A stretch of DNA of 64,000 nt from positions 254,200,001 to 254,264,000 of the forward strand of contig OZ024740.1 of NCBI GenBank assembly GCA_964016885.1, read 5' to 3'. Below the pieces are notes generated by a model. It saw only the letters and a program-made list of their open reading frames with translations. It had not been told where the DNA came from and made no database searches. This document shows, one piece after another, positions 55,752 to 64,000 of the stretch (the stretch's first letter is position 1; each line of letters opens with the position of its first letter). The stretch comes from Eledone cirrhosa. Lineage: Eukaryota. The translations under genes were made by a program, and so were the position numbers.

Positions 55752-56556
55752 TAAAATCAAGGGAAAGCAACTAGAGAAAAAATTTTAAAATAAATTTCAA
55801 AAAATTCACTGTACTTACTATGTGTGCCTTTACCGCGGTTTCAGATCCCAAACAAATAGACAATCCAAGCAGATTTCCATTGAGAAAGAGATCATCGTCA
55901 GAAGTACAGTGAATTTTTTGAAATTTATTTTTAAATGTTTTCTCTATTTGCTTTCCCTTGATTTTATATGTTCTGGCTTGTCAATTTATTAACTTGCCAT
56001 TGAACGACACTGGCATACAGTTGGACAATACTTGTATCCCTATGTGTATTATTTACATGTAGGAACATACTTTTATTATTATTCTCCCCAACAGTAGAGA
56101 AACGTTTGGTCGTTTGAACGGCTGCTATTTTTAGTAGCACGGGATTGACCTGTCCACCTCGCTTTCTGTCTTTGCACATGGTACTAGGCAAAATTGTTTC
56201 ATCATTCATTCACTCTCATTCTGGAACAGTTTTGTATGGCACCAGTCTGTAATTTGAACTCGGGAATTATATATTCTCAGAGTGAGAAAAGCCTTCTGAC
56301 GATGATTGTTCTCAATGGAAATATGCTTGGATTGTCTATTTGTTTGGGATCTGAAACCGCGGTAAAGGCACACATAGAAAGTATAGTGAATTTTTTGAAA
56401 TTTACTTTAAAATTTTTTCTCTATTTGCTTTCCCTTGATTTTATATGTTCTGGCTTGTCAATTTATTAACTTGCCATTGAACGACACTGGCATACGGTCG
56501 GACAATACTTGTATCCCTATGTGTATTATTTACATGTAGGAACACATACTTTTTTA
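55752..56556 (+). mobile_element. Retrozyme-like non-autonomous PLE (inverted 5' piece plus 477-bp-period direct repeat) in (TA)n, inside the C1QBP intron
   Basis: 55752-55904 is the rc of 56293-56445; 55902-56075 is repeated at 56379-56555; no ORF. Confidence 0.85.
56291..56369 (+). ncRNA. Type-I hammerhead ribozyme, intact core, extended stem II
   Basis: gcctt-CTGACGA-(50 nt)-GAAA-CCGCGG-TA-aaggc; predicted cleavage after 56364. Confidence 0.85.
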
Positions 56557-56730
56557 TATATATATATATATATATATCCAGGGGGTGTAACTTGGAGTTA
56601 CTGCAGGTTCACCCGGGAGAGCACTCGATGTTTAGTTCACTTCTGTGTTGAGGTGTAGAGCTATACAACAGAGTGTAATATATTGAAAGGATAACAAGGA
56701 TTGATTACTCCTTCATTGCATTTATTGATA

Positions 56731-56813
56731 GGTGACGCGCGTTTCGCCACTGATCAGCTCAAGGTTCGATCTGTATCGATCCTAGCCGACTCAATAATCG
56801 GCGGCTCGACGCC
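56731..56813 (-). ncRNA. Degenerate hammerhead of another PLE tail
   Basis: gccgccgat...atcagtggc stem II, then GAAACGCGCGTC; CUGANGA box decayed. Confidence 0.5.
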
Positions 56814-58544
56814 CCCTTTTAAAATGCTATAAGAAAATGAAATACATGCTACGTGGTAAAGTCAGAGTTTCAAGAGTTTGACAAAATGAGTCGTTTTGAT
56901 TGGTGGGAAGGATCAAGGGGATGTACTGGCCTGTAGTGTATGTGGGGGTGGATGTGATGGTGAGATGTTCGTGACGGTCGGTGGATGTGATGGGCTGTGG
57001 TGTGGTGGTGGCGGGTTGGCCTTGGCCTGTAGTGTATGTTGGGGTGGATGTGATAAGATGGTGGTTATGGTCGCTTACTGGGATGGGCTGTGGTTGTGGT
57101 GTTGTTGTTTATGGTAGTGGCGTTTATGGTGGTGTCGAGTCCTTGCGGAGATACATAACTAGACGCTCTTCGTCTGACAAATACGTTGTATATATGTATA
57201 CACACACATATATGTATACATGCGCATATATATTGATGTATATACACACAGGAACACACCCACACACCAACACCCTCGCCCACACTTATCCACACACACA
57301 GCCATATGCATATATACACACATAAGGAGAGTGGGGGAGTATCGGTGGGGGTGGCGTAGGACAAAGATGGAGGGAAGGTGAGAGGCAATGGAGGTGTTAT
57401 ACATATATACATACACATACATACACTCATACGGATATACGCACACACACGTATACATAAACATACACACACATATATATACACACACACACACACACAC
57501 ATACACGCACACATATAGATTCACTTATATACATATATATAAATATATACACACATATATATACATACACGCACGCATATTTATACGCCCGTATATATAA
57601 AAAATACTTACACACAGACACACACACTTGCATTGGTTCGGGAGGGGAGGTATGTGTTGGCAGTGTTGATGAAGTATGGAGTTGTCTTGTGGTGGTGGAG
57701 TTGTGAGCGACAAAAATATACAGGATCGAATAGTGCTATGGGTTACAGGTTAAAAGGTGACATAGGGAACGCGGGGGAAAAGAGTTTATGGACGTATGGC
57801 GATGTGTGTTGTGGTCATGGTAGTGGTGCTGGGGTGATATGTTTGACAAAATGATTACATGATCAGAAGTTACGGTGGGTTACAGGGTGAAGCAGACGGG
57901 GGGGGGGGGGAATATAACACAGTCGATCTGGGAGTGAGGGATGATATGTGTTGATGATGTTAATGATTGTTGAAGTATGTGGATGTATCTAGTGGTGGCG
58001 GTGGTGGTGTGTGTGTGCCACAGTACATTTACAGGGTCAAATTTAGCGTTGGGTTGTAGGTTAGGGTAGACAGAGGGAACATCGGGGGATAAGGTTGCGG
58101 GTGTGTATGGTAGACATATGACGATGTGTGGTGTGGTGGTGGTGGCGATGGTGTGATATGATCGACATTGCATTTACAAGATCCCATGTTACTATGGATT
58201 GTAAGGTAGGAGACCGATCAAACACAATGTTGCAAGGATGAGGGGTGTATGGCGATGTGATTTTTGGTGGGGGTGATGTATGCGGCATGATATACAAAAT
58301 ACAGGCTTAGAAATGGTTACATGCAGTACAATAAAATAAATTCGCTGAGATGGGCGATGGTGAGACGGGGCAGAGGTGGTTATTATTATGCTGGGTCATG
58401 GTTAGTGTGATTTTTGGTGGGGGGTGATGTATGCGGCATGATATACAAAATACGGGCTTACAAATGGTTACATGCAATACAATAAAATAAAATAAAATAA
58501 ATAAATTCACTGAGAAGGGCGATGGTGAGATATATATATAGATA

Positions 58545-61500
58545 TCATCATCGTTTAACGTAATCTTCCACGCTAGCATGGGTTAGGCGATTTTGTTCCA
58601 TTTTGATGCAGGAGTGGTCGGGAGACCATGTCTCGCTCATACGGAAATGTCTCTGGCAGGATTTTTACAGCTGGATGCCTTTCCTAACACATTTAGTGTG
58701 GACTGGGAGCTTTTTGCCGCGTCTCCTACACGACCACCTTACAGTGTGGACTGTTATGTCATCAACACAGTGGACGGAACGGGAAAGGGAGGATGGGTTA
58801 GTGGTGGGGTGTACATTTGGGTTAAGAGGTGCCTACTGACTGTAGGTTTGTATGCAATGGCAGTCGGGTCTTCTGTACAACTGCATGGCGCCAAAGATCT
58901 CAACCCATTTTCTTAGAGAGGTGTAAGCAAGGTCAGTTTTTATCACCTTGTCTCAGGTTTTTCTTGGTCTACCCACTCCGTAACTTCCATCAATTTTCAT
59001 TGCCCTGCACTTTTTTATACGCATCAGATGGCCATACCAATGCAATCTCCTCTCCAGAACACAACATTTGATACCTCTTATTCTTAGTCTCTCTCTCAAT
59101 TCATTTAAGCTTCACCATTCATTCATATTACTATTACACATCCATCGGAGCATGCAAGCTTCATTTCTTTCTAATCTACGCAAGTCTTCAACACACAACG
59201 CCCACATCTCACTACAATGTAATATCGCCGTTTGTATACAAGCATCATACAATCTGCCTTTCACTTTTAGAGAAAAACCTCTTGTGGCCAACAGCGGTAT
59301 TAACTCTCTGAACTTTTTCCATCCTGCTCTAACTCGGCTACTACACTTTCAGAGCACCCTCCTCCACTGCTGATTTTGTCACCCAGGTAACGGAAAGTGT
59401 TCACTATTTCTATTGATCCACCTGGGCAGTTGAAGGAGACAGCATCCAGTGGGTCCTTGCTACTTACTGCACCTGAGCATCGGCCACATATAAAATCTAC
59501 ATTCTTAGATAGCTTACCTGTGATCCCACTACATCTTTTATGTACCCATAGTTTGCATTTGGGACATAGAATGGAATTTCTACCTACCCCTTTCTTACAC
59601 ACTAAGCATGGCCATTTCCCAGAGGGCACCTGTGCCCTATTCTCCTTTCTACATACTAGAACTTTAGTCTTAGACAAGTTGACTCTAAAGACTTTTGATA
59701 CTAGGTCATACTTCCATGTTTGGAACTTCTCTAGTTCAGCCATGGATTCAGCTATGAGAGTTAGATCATCTGCATATAGGAGTTCCCATGGGCAGTCAGT
59801 CTTAAACCCTTCTATTATAGCCTGTAGGACAATAATAAACAGGAGGGCTCTAAGGATAGAGCCTTGGTGAACCCCTACTATTATGCTAAATTCATCACTA
59901 TATTCATTGTTAATTCTAACCTTGCTGACTGTTCCTCTATACATGGCTTGTACTTCTCTCAAGCCACTCATCTACTCCTAGTTTTTGAAGAGTCCACCAG
60001 ATAATGGAACGGAGGACTTTTTCAGAGACTTTCTCCAAGTCAACAAAAGCTAAGTAGAGGGGTTTACTTTTAGCTAGGCACTTCTTCTGCAGTTGCCTCA
60101 CCAAGAAGAGAGCATCTGTGGTACTTTTACTTGGCACAAATCCAAACTGCATTTCATCAAGCTTAACTCAGTAATCAGCTGTACAATAACTCTTTCTAAG
60201 ACCTTCATCATCTGGTCAACCAACTTCATCTCTCTACAGTTTTCTATCTAGAGCATCTCTTTTGCCCTTGTAGCAGTTGACGATGATGCTGTTATGCCAG
60301 TCATTGGTATGACACCATTTTTTATTACTTGGTTTACAATATGGGTGGCCATGGCATGACCCACCATTCCAGATGCTTTCAACATCTCTGCAACTATCCC
60401 TGAAGGTCCAGCTGCCTTGCCTATCTTCATATATTTGATTGCCTTACTTACTATACTTCTGTTAACTTGCACAACTGGTCCTTGTTGGGTCAACTTGAAT
60501 TTTTTCTCTAATTCTGCCATAAATTCAGCTATTAGGGTTAGATCATTTGCATACAGAAATTCCCATAGGCAGATAGTCTTAAAACTCTTCTGTTATAGCC
60601 TTTAGGGCAATAATAAACAAGAGAGGACGAAGGACAGAGCTCTGATGGCTACCTACCTGCATGTTAAAATCTTCACTATAGTTATTGTTAATTCTAACCT
60701 TGCTAACTGTTACTCTATACATGGCTTGTACTCCTCTCAAGCAATTCTTCCACTCCTAGTTTTCTAAAAACCCACCAGATTAAGGTGCATGGAACTTTGT
60801 CAAAGGCCTTCTCCAGGTCAACAAAAGTTAAATAGAGGGGTTTACTGTTAGCTAGGTACTTCTCCTGTAGTTGCCGTACAAGGAAAATAGCATCCATCGT
60901 ACTTTTACCTGCATTTCATCTAGATCAATTTGGTCCCTAATCAGTTGAGTAATAACTCTTTCTGTGACTTTCATGACTTGGTCAACTAATTTAATGTTCC
61001 TATAGTTTGCTCTATCCAGGGCATCTCCTTTGCCCTTGTAACAGTTGATGATGCTGCTGCTATGCCAGTCATTTAGTATGACCCCGTTCTGTATTACTTG
61101 GTTTACTATACGAGTGACCATAGTATGTCCTACCATTCCAGATACCTTGAACATTTCAGGAACTACCCCCAAAGGCCCAGCTGCCTTGCCTGTCTTCATA
61201 TCTCTGATTGCCTTACTTACTATACTAACATTAACTTGCACAGCTGGTCCTTCTGTTGGATCAATGTGGGACAGGCTATCTTTATTCCATTCATTCTTCT
61301 TATTCAGTAGTCTCTCATAGTGACACTTCCAAGCTACCTTCTTATCACTGTCAGTGAGGGCAATATCACAATTCTCCTTGACATATTGCCTCGCAATCCT
61401 GAACACCTTACGTTGTAGAATATGCTTGAACTTATTATCCTCTGCTTCCCTCTTTGCAAAGTATAGTTGTTGTCTAGCCTCTCTCCTAGCTACCTGATCG

Positions 61501-62355
61501 AGTTCTCTATTGCCCCCCATCCTGCCATTCTTTCCAAGCCTGCTTTTTGGCCTTGGTGGACTTCACCTTACTGTTCCACCACCAAGTCACTCTCCTCCTG
61601 CCTAACGGTCTGCTTCAGCCACAGATTTCATCTGTCACCTTCAGCAGGTTAACTTTCAGGAATTCTCACTGTTCCTCTATATTGTACATCTCTAATTGCT
61701 CTTCCCTACTGTCAAAAGCATCAAGTAACATGCCTTTAAAATTTTTACTGGCTGTGGGGTCCTTCAACTTCCATATTCTTCTCCTCAAAGTAGTCCTCCT
61801 CTGTAGTCGAGTACGTCTAGTCCTGATTATGCGGTCACTAGCTATTAGGCTTTGTTGGGAAGTGCATTCTTCACGGGGGAGGGACTTAGTGTTTACAACA
61901 GACACTTTGTCACGTCTTCTGATAAAGATATAATCCATCTGACTGGCGTGCTCCCCTGATCTATAGGCGATCAAGCGATTATCTAGTTTTTTGAAGATTG
62001 TGTTACAGATAGTTAGGTTACTGGCATCACAGAATTCCAGGATCCTGAAGCCTTCCTCATTTCTAGTACCAAACCCATAACCTCCATGGATCCCATCATA
62101 GCCATCACAACGTTGTCCAACATGACCATTAAGGTCGCCAGCAGTAATTATGTAGTCACTGTCAGTTATTTGGGAGGTAGTGAGCATTAGCGACTCATAG
62201 AATCTGTCTTTTATAAAGTCTGGTAGACCAGATTGGGGTGCATAAGCGGATATTATTGTCACAGTTGTTCTATTTAGAACTAATCTTATTTTAATTATCT
62301 TGTCATTCACTCTATTTACGGCAATTACTTTATCTACCAATTTTTCAGCTAACAT
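58545..62355 (-). mobile_element. RTE-like LINE pseudogene with internally duplicated RT segment
   Basis: APE at 61666-62355; RT block KAAGP..G / QFGF / DLEKA present twice (59730-60480, 60490-61250); (GAT)n tail at 58545. Confidence 0.9.
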
Positions 62356-63074
62356 AATTCAGGGAGGGGTGTGGGAGACGGAATTATGTTGGTCTTGGGT
62401 TTCCATATCTGATATAAAGAGGAGCGTTTGCATACTCGTCCTGAAACGGGAGGTGAATTTATCTCTGTCGTTGTCATTGTGAGTGTTCATGTTCCCCAGC
62501 TCTGTAATCCGTTTATCATAGCGAACAATACCTAGGTCTAAGCTTAAGAAGTATCAGCCTCGCGAGAGAGATTAGCACTAGAAGCCTTACTATAAAACCG
62601 CTGAGTTTTGATAGGCCCATAACTATGGTGGTGAGTGGGGTGGGTGTGAGGGAAAAGGTGACTTCCGGAAGACATATGTGCTTAGCCAACCTGGGAGATA
62701 CTGGAAAAACAAACAAAAGGCAACGAACTGTAACGGAACTTCTAACTAAAAGTGGCATAGTGGCATAGCTAACTTTTAACAGATTTACTAACGATAAACT
62801 TAAATTAAAGGCGACTTCTGGAAGACATACGTATTTAGCCAACCTGGGAGATACTGAAAAAACAAACAAAAGGCATCAATAGCTTCTTTTCTAACAGGGG
62901 TACTCAATTCTAAATGGATTTACAGGCAGGAAAAATATTTTAAATTACTACATTACAGAATCGGCCAACAGCTAAAATCCATCGATTGTATAACTGAAGT
63001 AATTTTACAACAGCGTACAGAACAGGGAAATATATATATTTAGAGTCATTCACATTGCATCTTTCTATTTTGTT

Positions 63075-64000
63075 GTTACTACTGTCTAGCTGAGAAATCA
63101 ATAGATGAGGTGAATGAGGTAGTTAGAATAAGTGACAGAATCATCAAGTTTAGACTTACTCTAATAGACTGGTGATAATCACATCTACCTATGCTCCGCA
63201 GGCAGGACTGGGTAAAGAACAAAAGGACAGGTTCTATGAGGAAAGTTTACAGACAACGCCTGGCAGGCGACTTTAATGGATATGTGGGACAGTACCAGGA
63301 TGGATTCAACAGAGTTTCATGGCAGCTATGGTTATGGCTAAAGGAATGAAGAGGGCCTGACACTTCTGGAATTCGGTGATACAAATGAACTAACCATCTG
63401 CAACACAATTTCAGGAAACCAGCCATGGCGAAGGATTCACTACCCAACACAAGTTAGTTAATAGTGACATCAAAATAAAAGACAGAACAAGACACATAGG
63501 AAAATATGGAGATGGAGAGTGAGGAAGCTTATGAACCTCTCGGTTGAATATAGGTTTAGAAAGGCCCTATATAGGTTTAGAAAGGACCAGCTATTGAAAT
63601 TGATAGTTTTAGGGTCTAGGACGCAATCAAAATGAATGGTCAAGCTGCGAGACCAGAAATAGTTGCTGAGATGCTAAAAGCATCAGGAAAGGTAGGAGTC
63701 AAACTAGTAACCTGTATAGTAAATCAAGTAATACACGACAGAGTTCTACCCAATGACTGGCGCAGCAGTATAATCATAAATTGCTACAAGGGTAAAGGTG
63801 ATGCTCAGAGGAATAAAAGTTACAAAAGTGACAGAGTTATAGCGCAGCTAATTAGGGAAAGAGTCAAAATAGATGAGATACCCTTTTCCTACAAGAGAAG
63901 TTCCTAGCCAAAAATAAACCACTATATTAGCTTTTGTTGATCTAGAGAAGGCCTTTGACAGAGTACCTCGATCACTTATCTGGTCTTTAAGGAAATTAGG
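63075..64000 (+). mobile_element. Heavily deleted RTE-like LINE running off the window
   Basis: YAPQAG, AGDFNG, AEMLKASG, CYKGKGDA, FVDLEKAFDRVP. Confidence 0.85.

Overview
Eukaryotic, AT-rich, transposon-saturated 64 kb window. It is probably cephalopod or other mollusc DNA, inferred from the SINE families and dense (TA)n/(CA)n/(GA)n microsatellites. Only one host coding piece is recognisable: the last exon of C1QBP/p32 (54811-54960, minus), so about 55-64 kb is probably its last intron. The rest is decayed mobile DNA. It includes at least six Penelope-like elements (PLEs) with GIY-YIG domains and inverted pseudo-LTRs, and several non-coding PLE-derived or retrozyme-like repeats inserted in (TA)n. 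There are also RTE, CR1/L2, R4-like and CRE-like LINEs, Helitrons, Tc1/mariner, a hAT MITE and tRNA-derived SINEs. One nest has three levels (R4-like LINE < piggyBac < CsRN1-type Gypsy), and a non-coding LTR element sits inside an RTE. Best observations: (1) about a dozen type-I hammerhead ribozyme motifs, several with intact cores and unusually long stem II, including a pair inside the C1QBP intron; (2) a 32-nt over-extended tRNA-Trp primer-binding site mismatched exactly opposite m1A58, a likely fossil of RT read-through; (3) repeated or fold-back LTR-end+PBS modules and non-canonical TG..TA/TG..AA LTR ends; (4) large fold-back duplications centred on (TA)n-targeting elements. All calls were made by eye and no database searches were run.
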